Positions 32,652 to 42,748 of a stretch of 64,000 bases of DNA are shown piece by piece. The notes under the pieces were generated by a model. That model saw only the letters and a program-made list of their open reading frames with translations. It ran no database searches and was not told the DNA's origin. The DNA is taken from the sequence record PZ445554.1. One strand, 5' to 3'. The number at the start of each line of letters is the position of its first letter. The stretch's first letter is position 1. A program made the translations under genes and the position numbers. The stretch is from a phage.

Positions 32652-33976
32652 TTGATTTCCTCTAAATCTTTGGTGTATTCGGTAACTACATCAGTAGTTT
32701 TCCAATATTCGTTTTCTTCTTTTTTAGCTTTAGCTTCTTCAGCAAGTTTCTTTGCTTCGTCGGAAGTCATATGAAAAATATTCATTCCAACTAGTTTATC
32801 AACATAAGAAGAATACATATCAATTTTAGAAAGTTCTTCGGTCAGTTCTTTACGAGTTTTACCCTGTACAACAATTTCACCTGAAATTACTTTCTTAATG
32901 AAATGTGCCTTGGCAAAAGCTAAACGAAAAGCTGACTCAGTTTCTTTAATTTTGTTATCAATTCGTTTTTGGACATAAGTTTTACGAACTTCAACGAAGT
33001 CTTTAATTAAATCAACCACGTTATCGTAAACTTGTAGTTTTCCTTTCTCATTAATAACCGTAATATTCTGAGAACGACGCTCAATCAACCCGAAGTCTTT
33101 CATAATTTTTGCATGGCGTTCTTCTTCGTTATCGCTCAAAGAGTATTCTTTGCGGAATTTAACTTTGAAGCCAAAGCCATGCTCACCACAAGCATCATCC
33201 CATGTAATGAAGCCTTTATCTTCAAGCGGGTCTAAGATTTTACTCACATAAGTTTCACGATCATACTTATATGGAATCTCAGTGATATGCATTTGAGTTC
33301 GTGAAGTAAACTTGTATGTTCCACGAATTTCATATTGCCCATCAATTTCAACGACTTCACCACGAAATTCTGGGAATTCTACCTTCGGTTTAGTTACTTT
33401 CTTTCCTTGAAGAGCTTGCAGTACAGCTTTCTTGACAGAAGAAACACTATGAGGAAGAATGTAAGTTGCATAACCAGTTGCAATACCGGAAACACCATTA
33501 AGAAGAACGGTAGGAATAATAGGCAAATAGAAAGCAGGCGGAATGTGTTCTTTATCTTGATGTACTGGAGCATATTCAGTATCTTTATATACGTTATAGA
33601 AATTTTTACTTACACGAGCAAAAATATAACGACTTGCCGCTGCCTTTTGGACAGTACGAGAACCGAAGTTTCCTTGACCATCTAACAGAGGAAAGTTATT
33701 ATTCCAAGTGTTAGCCATCAAAGCGCCTGCGTCTTGTGCAGAGTTTTCGCCATGGTGATATCCGAGGTCCGCTACACCACCTGCAATAGAAGCGAGTTTG
33801 TGAAACTTATCTTTATTTCCTCGTGCCAAATCAAGAGCTCGAGCAATAACAAATCGTTGAACTGGCTTAAATCCATCAATCATATTTGGGATAGCACGAT
33901 TTTCAACCGTGTACATAGCATAAGCCAATGCTTCATTATCAATGATACTTTTTAAATCGCGATTATTCAGTTGCAT
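32648..33976 (-). CDS. 52: DNA topoisomerase II medium subunit gp52
   Basis: 442 aa, GyrA/ParC-like breakage-reunion domain. Confidence 0.9.
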   Translation of the reverse strand: MQLNNRDLKSIIDNEALAYAMYTVENRAIPNMIDGFKPVQRFVIARALDLARGNKDKFHKLASIAGGVADLGYHHGENSAQDAGALMANTWNNNFPLLDGQGNFGSRTVQKAAASRYIFARVSKNFYNVYKDTEYAPVHQDKEHIPPAFYLPIIPTVLLNGVSGIATGYATYILPHSVSSVKKAVLQALQGKKVTKPKVEFPEFRGEVVEIDGQYEIRGTYKFTSRTQMHITEIPYKYDRETYVSKILDPLEDKGFITWDDACGEHGFGFKVKFRKEYSLSDNEEERHAKIMKDFGLIERRSQNITVINEKGKLQVYDNVVDLIKDFVEVRKTYVQKRIDNKIKETESAFRLAFAKAHFIKKVISGEIVVQGKTRKELTEELSKIDMYSSYVDKLVGMNIFHMTSDEAKKLAEEAKAKKEENEYWKTTDVVTEYTKDLEEIK

Positions 33977-33981
33977 AAATT

Positions 33982-34122
33982 TACCATACTAGTGAATGTA
34001 GTGCCATAATAACATCAGAAATGAAAAGCACGACTTGAATTAATCCGAACATTACTCCATAATATAGTGCTATTAATAAAATAGCAAGGGCTAATGAATA
34101 GCCCAAGATTTTCTTAATCATT
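33982..34122 (-). CDS. small membrane protein, about 46 aa (absent from track)
   Basis: Hydrophobic ORF immediately upstream of gene 52. Confidence 0.25.
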
Positions 34123-34269
34123 AGATAACAGCACAAATGTTAAATATGCACACATACCCTGGGCTAAAGCCTGCGAAAACACACTACTGGCATCGATACA
34201 GATAGTTAAAACACATGCTACTATCCAACAAATAAATGAAATAACTCCTAATAATTTTGCGATATTCAT
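34117..34269 (-). CDS. small membrane protein, about 50 aa (Ac-like size; absent from track)
   Basis: Strong SD GAGGAG; Cys-rich hydrophobic sequence. Confidence 0.35.
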
Positions 34270-34365
34270 AGTATTCTCCTCAACTATTTTTAAAACCTAA
34301 AATACCAAAGTTTTTAAGATTGTCACGATAGAACTGCATCACATGTTCGTTATGGAAATTACTCA

Positions 34366-34824
34366 TTAATATGCCTGCAAAACAAATTTAAAGTTATCAG
34401 CCAACATACGGTTCATTTCTTCAAGTGTTTGATACTCAGAATGATGATTACGAGTAAACGCCAAAGCTAACTGACCTTTACCAAATCCTGTCGTCAGAGG
34501 TTTCATCTTAGAAGCAGGCAGATAAAATACTGTGTATGGAACATTGTTATTTGCAATAGTACGCGCAAGCTGAGACCGACGCTGACGAATATGACTTAGA
34601 ACCGCACTGAATCCTTGCTTAGAACGCTGATTACCTACATAAAATCGTGCAGACACGCACGGATTACTAAATGGACGACCATCTAATTTACTCACTAAAA
34701 AGTAAAATCCAGGTTTAGATAAAATATCTTTATGCGGAGTTCCCAAAAACCACTCACCGCCCTTGATTGTACCAATAACAGTAGCGCCTGCATTATTCAG
34801 ATCAGTAACAGTCATATATTTCAT
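34366..34824 (-). CDS. ndd: Ndd-like nucleoid disruption protein (candidate)
   Basis: 152 aa from ATG at 34822-34824 with SD GAGGAAA (track start is GTG); T4 Ndd is 151 aa; position between 52 and denB. Confidence 0.4.
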   Translation of the reverse strand: MKYMTVTDLNNAGATVIGTIKGGEWFLGTPHKDILSKPGFYFLVSKLDGRPFSNPCVSARFYVGNQRSKQGFSAVLSHIRQRRSQLARTIANNNVPYTVFYLPASKMKPLTTGFGKGQLALAFTRNHHSEYQTLEEMNRMLADNFKFVLQAY

Positions 34825-34884
34825 ATTAATTTCCTCTAAATTATTTTCTACTCCAAGGCCGCATGGATACACACGGCCATTAAA

Positions 34885-35100
34885 TTAATCGTCGCAGTCG
34901 ACGCTCAATTCCCAGAATTCTTCTACGGTATAAGTTTCAGTATCATTTTCAATACAGAAACGTTCATTACTATTGTTTGCTAAAGTAGCATTAACTGTCA
35001 TTTTTTCGCTAGTGCTCTTAAGAGGTGAAATACGAATTAACTGATCACCGTTATCTAAACAAAAAATTTCACCAACTTTTACATCTTTAAAACTTTTCAT
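34885..35100 (-). CDS. hypothetical protein, 71 aa
   Basis: ORF track. Confidence 0.4.
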   Translation of the reverse strand: MKSFKDVKVGEIFCLDNGDQLIRISPLKSTSEKMTVNATLANNSNERFCIENDTETYTVEEFWELSVDCDD

Positions 35101-35215
35101 AATTCACCTCAAGGAGTATAAAATCCAAACGCAGTTGTTGACCATCCCATCCAATATGGAAAATTTGCACCAATGTAAAACATAAGAATATAAAACCAAC
35201 CGCTCAGCAAATTCA

Positions 35216-35413
35216 TCATTTTACACCATTCCAAATTGTTTCAACCACGGATTTTAAACCATTTTGATGAATATCAATTCCGACTACTGTCATCAAATAG
35301 ATTCCAACTACAACTGAACCTAAGGCAAAAATCAGCATGAAAATGAATAAAGCCGGAAAAATATTATCGAAAAACCATTCAATAAATGTAAAAGCACTGC
35401 GTTTACGCTTCAT
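35216..35413 (-). CDS. small membrane protein, about 65 aa
   Basis: ATG at 35411-35413 with SD GAGGAAAA (track TTG start rejected). Confidence 0.4.
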   Translation of the reverse strand: MKRKRSAFTFIEWFFDNIFPALFIFMLIFALGSVVVGIYLMTVVGIDIHQNGLKSVVETIWNGVK

Positions 35414-35420
35414 ATTTTCC

Positions 35421-35534
35421 TCACATAAATCCAAAGTAAACGTTTAATACATCAATCATTAAAACGATTGGGAATATACTCAAAACTACTAGTATTATAA
35501 CTACATTCCATATAGCTTTAATAATCTTTTTCAT
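35421..35534 (-). CDS. small membrane peptide, 37 aa
   Basis: ATG at 35532-35534 with SD GGAGG just downstream of a promoter cassette; the track's longer form translates the cassette itself. Confidence 0.3.
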   Translation of the reverse strand: MKKIIKAIWNVVIILVVLSIFPIVLMIDVLNVYFGFM

Positions 35535-35555
35535 TTTCTGTTCCTCCGTAGTTGA

Positions 35556-35593
35556 TAGGGTAATAGTACCACGGAAGAACAGTCTTGTAAACA
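35556..35593 (-). promoter_or_regulatory. T4 early-type promoter (cassette copy)
   Basis: GTTTAC-spacer-CGTGGTACTATTAC. Confidence 0.45.
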
Positions 35594-35776
35594 ACTTTTT
35601 AAAAATATTCGTAATAAATGTGAATACCAACTACTACCGCTGAAACCTGTGCAACCCACCACGCACAAGCAATAAGTACAGAATTCAAAATTTTCATAAT
35701 AACCTCATCACAAAAGTAAATGTTAAACAAATTAATGGAATACTAATTAACCAAACAAAACACCACCATAATGAAC

Positions 35777-36040
35777 TCATAGTTCAATCTCAGCGATTTT
35801 CATTTCATTATTGTTAATAGCATTTTTAAGACTATCCGAAAGAATTACATTCCAGTGGTCATTCATATGACCATTAACTAAGCGTGTAATTTCTTCGGGA
35901 GTTGAAAAATAAGGCGTATCAGACTCCCAATGCGATAATCCTAAGCGAGTATAAATCATGCCTTCATCATCGCTAGAATATTCAACTGACACAAACTCAT
36001 CAGTTATTTTATGTTTAGCGTAATAAAATTTAAATTTCAT
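35777..36040 (-). CDS. hypothetical protein, 87 aa
   Basis: ATG at 36038-36040 with SD GGAG downstream of promoter cassette 36068-36104; the track form starting at 36139 runs through the cassette. Confidence 0.4.
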   Translation of the reverse strand: MKFKFYYAKHKITDEFVSVEYSSDDEGMIYTRLGLSHWESDTPYFSTPEEITRLVNGHMNDHWNVILSDSLKNAINNNEMKIAEIEL

Positions 36041-36067
36041 TTTACTCTCCAAATCCGTATCAGTTGA

Positions 36068-36104
36068 TAGTTGTATAGTACCACGGTCCTTGTGGTATGT
36101 AAAC
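36068..36104 (-). promoter_or_regulatory. T4 early-type promoter (cassette copy)
   Basis: GTTTAC-spacer-CGTGGTACTATAC. Confidence 0.45.
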
Positions 36105-36120
36105 CATTTTGTGAAATTTT

Positions 36121-36678
36121 TTAAATGGAAAGATACCATCCGCTGTAGTTGCTTTTTCTTACAACCTTACGAAGGTCTTCTCTATCACCGATGAACTTCG
36201 GAGTGTATTGGATGACACCTGGATGAATTTCTTTAGTGTTGAATATAATTATACAGTCAGCGACTTGATGATTTAGAATGGGCCCTAGATTTATTCCAGA
36301 ACCATATGGATACTCTCCGCTGCATCCTGTTGTCACCGAAATCCAACGTGAGTCAGTTTGATGTGTCTTAACTTCTACACGAAGCCCGCAGTATCTTGGA
36401 TGCGCCAATACATCCCATGCATATGTGTACGGATCATCGACATCTTCTTGACCTTTGTTAACATACCCGCTCAGCCAATCTGCTACAAAAAACTCTGCGT
36501 ACACAGCGATACGGCATCTTTCGATAACTTCTGCCTTATCCTGATTTGGGTTTTGTTTTAAAGAGTATCTTGCAGTATCAACAATTTTGACCTTCATTTC
36601 ACTAGTCAAGTCACTGTTCGATAGGGTAAATGTCGGAATCTGAAATAGTCTCTGTAACCCCGGATTCGTTTTCTGCAT
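36121..36678 (-). CDS. denB: endonuclease IV
   Basis: 185 aa equals T4 EndoIV length; SD AAGGAAAG; position upstream of rIIB. Confidence 0.6.
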   Translation of the reverse strand: MQKTNPGLQRLFQIPTFTLSNSDLTSEMKVKIVDTARYSLKQNPNQDKAEVIERCRIAVYAEFFVADWLSGYVNKGQEDVDDPYTYAWDVLAHPRYCGLRVEVKTHQTDSRWISVTTGCSGEYPYGSGINLGPILNHQVADCIIIFNTKEIHPGVIQYTPKFIGDREDLRKVVRKSNYSGWYLSI

Positions 36679-36940
36679 TTAAACTTTCCTTTTTACCACT
36701 AAGATAAGCGTTATACACTTTAAGAGTACCATAGTAAATTCGATCATTTTCATCTAAAGAATTACGATCAAGTTCATCGAGATTCTTTTTGTCCATGACT
36801 ATAACATCATTGCAGTAAAGAACTCCAAGTTTTTCATGCCCAAACTCGAATTTATTGCAGTACACAATATTAGCGTAATGATTACCATGTAGAGAAATTT
36901 CTTTTATGTCGGTGTCACCGATATTCATACAATAAATCAT
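36611..36940 (-). CDS. hypothetical protein, 109 aa
   Basis: ORF track; overlaps denB N-terminus by 68 nt in another frame, so uncertain. Confidence 0.35.
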   Translation of the reverse strand: MIYCMNIGDTDIKEISLHGNHYANIVYCNKFEFGHEKLGVLYCNDVIVMDKKNLDELDRNSLDENDRIYYGTLKVYNAYLSGKKESLNAENESGVTETISDSDIYPIEQ

Positions 36941-36950
36941 AATTTACCTT

Positions 36951-36974
36951 AAAACAAAAGGGCCGAAGCCCTTA
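36951..36974 (-). terminator. stem-loop / terminator (one of two identical copies)
   Basis: AAGGGCCGAAGCCCTT with U-rich tract on the minus-strand transcript. Confidence 0.45.
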
Positions 36975-36976
36975 TT

Positions 36977-37171
36977 TTATTTGAATTGTTCAATTCTTTT
37001 CTCTAAACAGTCAGCATAAGATTTCATTGAGATAAACTGCGAAAGTAACAGTTCTTGCTCAACTGCACTAACTGTTAGAAACTTTGCGCTTTCTAAAAAT
37101 TTGCTCAGTGCATTAATTTTGAGCATTAATTGATCGTATTCTTCTTTTACTCGTGCTTGATAACCTAACAT
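36977..37171 (-). CDS. hypothetical helical protein, 64 aa
   Basis: ORF track; flanked on both sides by identical stem-loops. Confidence 0.4.
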   Translation of the reverse strand: MLGYQARVKEEYDQLMLKINALSKFLESAKFLTVSAVEQELLLSQFISMKSYADCLEKRIEQFK

Positions 37172-37185
37172 AATTTTCCTTAGTT

Positions 37186-37201
37186 AAGGGCCGAAGCCCT
37201 T
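37186..37201. repeat. second copy of the AAGGGCCGAAGCCCTT stem-loop
   Basis: Identical hairpin between the rIIB stop and the RBS of ORF 36977-37171. Confidence 0.5.
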
Positions 37202-38138
37202 ATTTAAATTGTTCAGTAACGTCTTCAACTACTTCGTATTGACAGGTACGCATTTTAGCATCGTTGTAATCAATCGGAATTGATACTACATCACGCGGAT
37301 GTACTTTAACTTTTACAACTCGGCTGGTTGAACTGCCAAAGTGACGAATATAAGATTTAGAACACACATGCAGACCACGAGAACAAGTTTGTGTATCATC
37401 GTCATTCACACGAGTACGTGGCATTTTAACTACTTTACCCGGACTGTTATCAAAGGTGTTTGAGTGACAGTCAAAGTAATTGCTGCGAACTACTTTCCAA
37501 GCATAGAAGTAGCCATCTTCTGTAATTTCAATATCGTTTGCTACCAAGAAATCAAAGAGTCGAGATACTGCTTTTTGGCTTGGGTTTTCCAGCAGATTTT
37601 CCAAGAACGGAAAATAAAATTCAAAGTTTTCGCCTTTTTCCATCGAGTCAAGAATACGATCAACCAAACCAGACCGCAATTCAATATTTTGATAGAACAA
37701 GCTTCCACCTTCAATTCGAACATCGCCGGAAATATATTTTTCAACAGCGCGACGAACATTAATTTTTTGTGCCGCTTCTTCCAACTTATCCGCTACAAGC
37801 AGATTAAGAATTTCCTGGAAGTTTGAATGAGTATTAGGAGTTGCGTTATAAGTTACACCGTCAACAGTAATTGAAATGAATTTTTTAGATGCATTCCAAA
37901 TAATGTCAGATTTAGCAACTGGAGCAATAACTGCATCGCTATTAACTTTAACTGTAATATCACCGCTAATAGTAACTTTAGGGCGTTTAGCTTCTTCAGC
38001 ATTTTTCAAAACACGACGGATTGTGTCAACCGATACATCCTTCCAATAAGCTAATTCCTGCTGAGTGTAATTACCACTTGAATACAGTTTAACAATTTCA
38101 GCTTGTTCGTTTTTGGTCAGGCATTTAATATTGTACAT
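37200..38138 (-). CDS. rIIB: rIIB protein
   Basis: 312 aa, length and position downstream of rIIA match T4. Confidence 0.85.
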   Translation of the reverse strand: MYNIKCLTKNEQAEIVKLYSSGNYTQQELAYWKDVSVDTIRRVLKNAEEAKRPKVTISGDITVKVNSDAVIAPVAKSDIIWNASKKFISITVDGVTYNATPNTHSNFQEILNLLVADKLEEAAQKINVRRAVEKYISGDVRIEGGSLFYQNIELRSGLVDRILDSMEKGENFEFYFPFLENLLENPSQKAVSRLFDFLVANDIEITEDGYFYAWKVVRSNYFDCHSNTFDNSPGKVVKMPRTRVNDDDTQTCSRGLHVCSKSYIRHFGSSTSRVVKVKVHPRDVVSIPIDYNDAKMRTCQYEVVEDVTEQFK

Positions 38139-38149
38139 AATTTTCCTTA

Positions 38150-40327
38150 TTAGGCCGCAAGGGCCTTCATAGTTTTAGCGATTTGAGAAACTTCATCATC
38201 ACTTAAAGAGTTGCGATATCCGATGAAGTCGGAAACAATACGGAATTTCTTGGTAAACTCAGCAACCATTTTATCACTGTTTTTTGAAGCATTATTTGAT
38301 AATACATCAAAAAGATTAGTTACTGTCCAGATGTCATGACCGATGGTATCTTTTCCACCATTAAAATATACACCGCGCAATGAACTAACTATATTAGCGA
38401 GTCGTGTATATTCTTCAGAAACTTCATCTGTACTGAAGTACTTCATCATAAAATCTAGTTCAGGATACTTGATAATTTTATCAATATATCGTTGAGCTGA
38501 ACTTGAATAACCTACGTACTTATCATAATCTACATCATCAAAAGCATCTACATATAAATCACGCAGAGTTTCAAAAATACATTGGCACTGACCGAGTTCT
38601 TTTACCTTTTTCTGCAAAAGCGGACGAATAACATAAAACTCATTAATGCCAATAAGATTAGCCATACGAATCAAAATATTCATAGATGGATGACAAAGAG
38701 ATGTAGTACCATCCATAGAGAAAATATCAGAACGATGCATATACGCTACATAACCAGTAATTTCATCTGCTTCTGATGTGAGCGTAAATAGTTCCTCTTT
38801 TTCCCAGCGCCCGTCTTTAATTTCAAACTTAAATGCTGTAGCAGCTTTAGGACGAGGAGCTTTACTTTTAACTACCTTTGGAATATAACTTTTTACTAAA
38901 GCTTCAATTTCTGACAAATAATGAATGTTAACTTCATCACTTTCAAACATCGCCATAATGTCAGGAAGTAAATCAATCTGCGATTCTACTTCTGGGTTAA
39001 TAAACAGAAGGCGTTCGTTATGATGAATATTCAAAGTGTTATTAAATTCACTATCATCTAATGCATGCGCTAATCCACGGACAATATTAACACGATTTTT
39101 AATATTGTCAATAACGATATTAATTTTTGTTGTATTAATACCAAACAGACGATAACTTGATGCAACGGCTGAAGTTTCATGACTTTGCTTAATGCGTTTC
39201 AGTCGAGGGTCAAGATTTACTTCATACACAACTCCTGCATTGCATAACTTACTGTCAGGTTCAAACATGCTTTGCATCTTTTTATATGACAGATTTTTAG
39301 TCGTGAATTTGACTGAATTACTAATCATATAATCTCGAGCAGAATATCCCATCTTCATCAATTCACGATATGTGTGACGAGGAGATGTAGATTCTTTAAA
39401 TCGTTTTACATCTTCATTAAATGCTTTCTCACTGAGTTCTTTAACTCGTTCAATAATATTTTTACGAGTACGATCATCTAGTGAAAGAGCTTCGCGTGAT
39501 GGAGCAATATCAAGCGAACCCATTGGAAACTTAATGTAATTCACTTCATTACGAATGCTTAGCCAGTTACGGTCTTTAATAACACCATCGATAGGATAAA
39601 CAATACCGCCATAGATAGCATATAATCCACCACGATCAGGCCAGTATCTTTCTGGATTTACGCCGTAATAATCATCAAAATCCGGAAAATAATCAATTTC
39701 GCGGTCAAGACCATTAATGATAGCCAAATCTTTGAATGGTCGCATGATATAAGAAACTTCATAAGCAAAGTTTCTAAAGTCTTTTTCTTCAACTGGAACT
39801 ACGATTTCAATACCAGTTTTATCATCTGGACCCATTTCTTTTACGAATGTAGGTTTAATCTGTGGACCATCACCATCCATGTAAGCTACATAACCACGAA
39901 TTTCACCTTTATGATACGAAGTAATACTAAATGTATCAGTATAACTAAATGGAGATTTAGAACCTAAACCAAATCCGCCAATAAAGTCATTAGATTCAGC
40001 CTTAGATGAACTGAAGTATGAATTATACAGACCAGGAGAATTATCATCACCTTGAATATCAAAATCACTCATACCCGGACCAAAATCTCGGCAAACAAAT
40101 CGCGGGTCTAATCGTCCTGGAACTTGAATGATAAATTTTTCAGGATTTCCATTGAGAGCATGGGCATCAATCATGTTAGTAATCAATTCACGGACTACTG
40201 CGCGAATCTTGTTTGTATACAAATCAGATGACAGAATTTTAAATACTTTAGGAGATGCTGTGATGCTAAATGCTTTTGATTTAGAACCATTACCAAGAAT
40301 TGTTTCTTTTTCAGTGGTGATAATCAT
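38150..40327 (-). CDS. rIIA: rIIA protein
   Basis: 725 aa, length and position match T4 rIIA. Confidence 0.9.
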   Translation of the reverse strand: MIITTEKETILGNGSKSKAFSITASPKVFKILSSDLYTNKIRAVVRELITNMIDAHALNGNPEKFIIQVPGRLDPRFVCRDFGPGMSDFDIQGDDNSPGLYNSYFSSSKAESNDFIGGFGLGSKSPFSYTDTFSITSYHKGEIRGYVAYMDGDGPQIKPTFVKEMGPDDKTGIEIVVPVEEKDFRNFAYEVSYIMRPFKDLAIINGLDREIDYFPDFDDYYGVNPERYWPDRGGLYAIYGGIVYPIDGVIKDRNWLSIRNEVNYIKFPMGSLDIAPSREALSLDDRTRKNIIERVKELSEKAFNEDVKRFKESTSPRHTYRELMKMGYSARDYMISNSVKFTTKNLSYKKMQSMFEPDSKLCNAGVVYEVNLDPRLKRIKQSHETSAVASSYRLFGINTTKINIVIDNIKNRVNIVRGLAHALDDSEFNNTLNIHHNERLLFINPEVESQIDLLPDIMAMFESDEVNIHYLSEIEALVKSYIPKVVKSKAPRPKAATAFKFEIKDGRWEKEELFTLTSEADEITGYVAYMHRSDIFSMDGTTSLCHPSMNILIRMANLIGINEFYVIRPLLQKKVKELGQCQCIFETLRDLYVDAFDDVDYDKYVGYSSSAQRYIDKIIKYPELDFMMKYFSTDEVSEEYTRLANIVSSLRGVYFNGGKDTIGHDIWTVTNLFDVLSNNASKNSDKMVAEFTKKFRIVSDFIGYRNSLSDDEVSQIAKTMKALAA

Positions 40328-40337
40328 AATTTCCTCA

Positions 40338-40541
40338 TTAATTCATATTACGTTTAATAACTTCGGCAACTTCTAGTAGTTCATCTTTAGTTGCGGTGTC
40401 GGATTGAATTTTATCTCTAATATCCTTAAAGCGGTTTTTAAATTCTTCGGCTTCTCCCATATCGAAAAAGCGTTGAATGATTCTATATTCTCGATGAACT
40501 GCTTTATCAAAAAGTTCTAAATTTACTTTATATGATTTCAT
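40338..40541 (-). CDS. hypothetical protein, 67 aa (rIIA.1 position)
   Basis: ORF track, ATG start; early promoter at 40565-40596. Confidence 0.45.
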   Translation of the reverse strand: MKSYKVNLELFDKAVHREYRIIQRFFDMGEAEEFKNRFKDIRDKIQSDTATKDELLEVAEVIKRNMN

Positions 40542-40564
40542 TTCAATATCCTCATTTGCCCAAT

Positions 40565-40596
40565 TAATTATACCACATCCTTGTGGTAAAGTAAAC
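40565..40596 (-). promoter_or_regulatory. T4 early-type promoter upstream of ORF 40338-40541
   Basis: GTTTAC-17 bp-GTGGTATAAT; overlaps the gp39 3' end. Confidence 0.5.
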
Positions 40597-42416
40597 TACT
40601 GACTCATCCATTCTTTACGAAGGTCAGCATTATCTCCCATGAGCATTTCAAAAAGCTCTTTCCAGTTCTCAGGAAGTTTAACAACATCATATACTGGATT
40701 TTGAATCATCTCACGATATTCAGATTTTTCCAAAGAGCCAAGTCCTTTAATATAACGGATGCTATGTTTAGGTAGAGCATCTTTGGCACTCTCATATTCA
40801 GCGACTGTATAAAACCATTCTTGTTTTTTACCGACCTGAGCGATGATTACAGGAGTTTTGACAAAGCGAATTCGTCCTTGCTCAAACAATTCTGGCCAAT
40901 TACTAAAAAATCCAAGCAGAGAAGGATAAATGCTTCCTAGACCATCATGGTCAGCATCAGTCATAATAGCGATATTGTGATAATTCAAGTTTTCAGCTTT
41001 TTCACCGAGAACTAATCCAGTGATTGCGCAAATATCAAATAGTTCTTTGTTTTTAAGCATATCTGCATAAGACATACCCCAACTGTTGAGAACTTTACCG
41101 CGCAATGGATAACCACCGTGAAGTTCTTTATCACGAACATCAATAAGATATCCGATAGCCGAATCACCCTCAGTTAAAAATAATGTAGTATCAGCATCTT
41201 TACCACAAAGATTCGCTTTGATATGTTTATGAACCTTAGCTTTAGAAGCCTTTTTAGCTGCTTTAGTTTCTGCTGCTTTTTCTGCCGCCAATTTACGAGC
41301 CAAAGCAGCTTCAATAATCGGCATTAGAATTGCTTCATTATTCAAAATAGCACGTGAAATCTTTTTAGCGTCAAGTTGAATATGACTACGAATTTCGCCA
41401 AATGGAGAAGTCAAACGCTCTTTAGTTTGAGAATCAAATCGCATGTTTTTCATATCACGAACAAACATAACGATAGTCAAACATTCTTTGACACGCGCTT
41501 TAGTCACATCAATTTTGAACTTACGTTTGATTTGTGGAATAAGGTCTTCACAAATATCATCCATAACACAGTCAATGTGATGGCCACCATTCTTAGTATG
41601 AATGTTATTGACGTATGTTAATTGACGAAAACCATCCGGTGAACGACCAACCGCAATAGAACAATTTTCTTGTTCTTGAACGATAGCATGTTCATCATAC
41701 TGTCGTGCATATTTCTTAAAATTGCCCTGAACCTTTTTACCATTAAAGGTAAATTGAATATCAGGATAAACTACCGCAAGTGTCTGGAGACGATCTAGTG
41801 TAATGTCAAGATAAACTTGGGACAGCTCATTAGTTTCAAATGACATAAAATCAGGAATGAAAGTAACACGAGTTCCTTTCCATTTTCCAGGAATATCTTC
41901 CCATGATTTATTTTCCATGCCGTTTGAACAACGAACTACAATATTATTTTGACCGTCACCAGTTTCACCGACAAACATCGCAGAAAAAATGTTTGTCAAA
42001 CTAGAACCAACGCCATTCATACCGCCAGTGACGCGTTCTTTATCATCACCAAAGTTACCACCTGCTTTTGGAATAGTCCATGCAGCAACTGGACCAGGAA
42101 TTTCTTCACCGGTAGGTGTTTTAACCATCGCTTGTGGAATACCGCGACCGTTATCTTCAACTGTTACCTGATTATTTTTAATGGTAACATTAATTTTATT
42201 TGCGAATTTAAACTTAGTACGAATACCTTCATCTACTGAGTTATCGATAATTTCATCAATAAGCTTAACAAGACCAGGTACATACTGAACACTTTCCCAT
42301 TTACCAAACAGAAAGCGCTCATGCATTTCATTAGCAGAAGAGCCAATGTACATGCCACTACGCTTTTTGATATGTTCAATATCGCTCAGAATTTTAATTT
42401 CATTCTTAATCATCAC
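40596..42416 (-). CDS. 39: DNA topoisomerase II large subunit gp39, unsplit form
   Basis: 606 aa, GHKL ATPase plus TOPRIM (GyrB/ParE-like); one continuous ORF. Confidence 0.9.
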   Translation of the reverse strand: MMIKNEIKILSDIEHIKKRSGMYIGSSANEMHERFLFGKWESVQYVPGLVKLIDEIIDNSVDEGIRTKFKFANKINVTIKNNQVTVEDNGRGIPQAMVKTPTGEEIPGPVAAWTIPKAGGNFGDDKERVTGGMNGVGSSLTNIFSAMFVGETGDGQNNIVVRCSNGMENKSWEDIPGKWKGTRVTFIPDFMSFETNELSQVYLDITLDRLQTLAVVYPDIQFTFNGKKVQGNFKKYARQYDEHAIVQEQENCSIAVGRSPDGFRQLTYVNNIHTKNGGHHIDCVMDDICEDLIPQIKRKFKIDVTKARVKECLTIVMFVRDMKNMRFDSQTKERLTSPFGEIRSHIQLDAKKISRAILNNEAILMPIIEAALARKLAAEKAAETKAAKKASKAKVHKHIKANLCGKDADTTLFLTEGDSAIGYLIDVRDKELHGGYPLRGKVLNSWGMSYADMLKNKELFDICAITGLVLGEKAENLNYHNIAIMTDADHDGLGSIYPSLLGFFSNWPELFEQGRIRFVKTPVIIAQVGKKQEWFYTVAEYESAKDALPKHSIRYIKGLGSLEKSEYREMIQNPVYDVVKLPENWKELFEMLMGDNADLRKEWMSQ

Positions 42417-42439
42417 TTATCCTCGTTTGGTTTCGGGAA

Positions 42440-42468
42440 TATTATACTCCGGTAATCATAAAGCTAAA
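42440..42468 (-). promoter_or_regulatory. middle-promoter-like element upstream of gene 39
   Basis: MotA-like box AGCTTTA, 12-bp spacer, TATAAT. Confidence 0.4.
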
Positions 42469-42490
42469 GGCCCGAAGGCCTTTTATTTAA
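42466..42490. terminator. stem-loop with flanking A- and T-runs (bidirectional terminator-like)
   Basis: Stem AAAGGCC, loop CGAA, stem GGCCTTT. Confidence 0.4.
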
Positions 42491-42743
42491 AACGAATAGT
42501 TGAATCCTTAAAGAACAGCCCAGAACATACTGTTCCTTCTACTTTCTGCCCAGTAGGTCCAATAGCACGAAATCCAGTATGTTGGAAATCATTTTCAGAA
42601 CAACCAAACCAATTATATCCAGTGATTTCAATATTAGTAAAACCACTTGAAGATAAAACTTTGGTTGCATTATCAGCATCAGTACATCCTGCTAAAGACA
42701 CTGCTAATACTAATGCCGCGATAGAACGATTAATATATTTCAT
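42483..42743 (-). CDS. putative lipoprotein, 86 aa
   Basis: ATG at 42741-42743 (track start is GTG); signal peptide with lipobox LAGC. Confidence 0.5.
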   Translation of the reverse strand: MKYINRSIAALVLAVSLAGCTDADNATKVLSSSGFTNIEITGYNWFGCSENDFQHTGFRAIGPTGQKVEGTVCSGLFFKDSTIRFK

Positions 42744-42748
42744 AATTT

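Noticed and set aside
36041-36139. Long form of ORF 35777-36139 and long form of 35421-35630, whose N-termini resemble each other (MVSFHLKNFTKW... and MVFTFITNIFKK...)
   Set aside because: The similarity arises because both read through copies of the same non-coding promoter cassette; the shorter forms start at ATGs with ribosome-binding sites downstream of the promoters.
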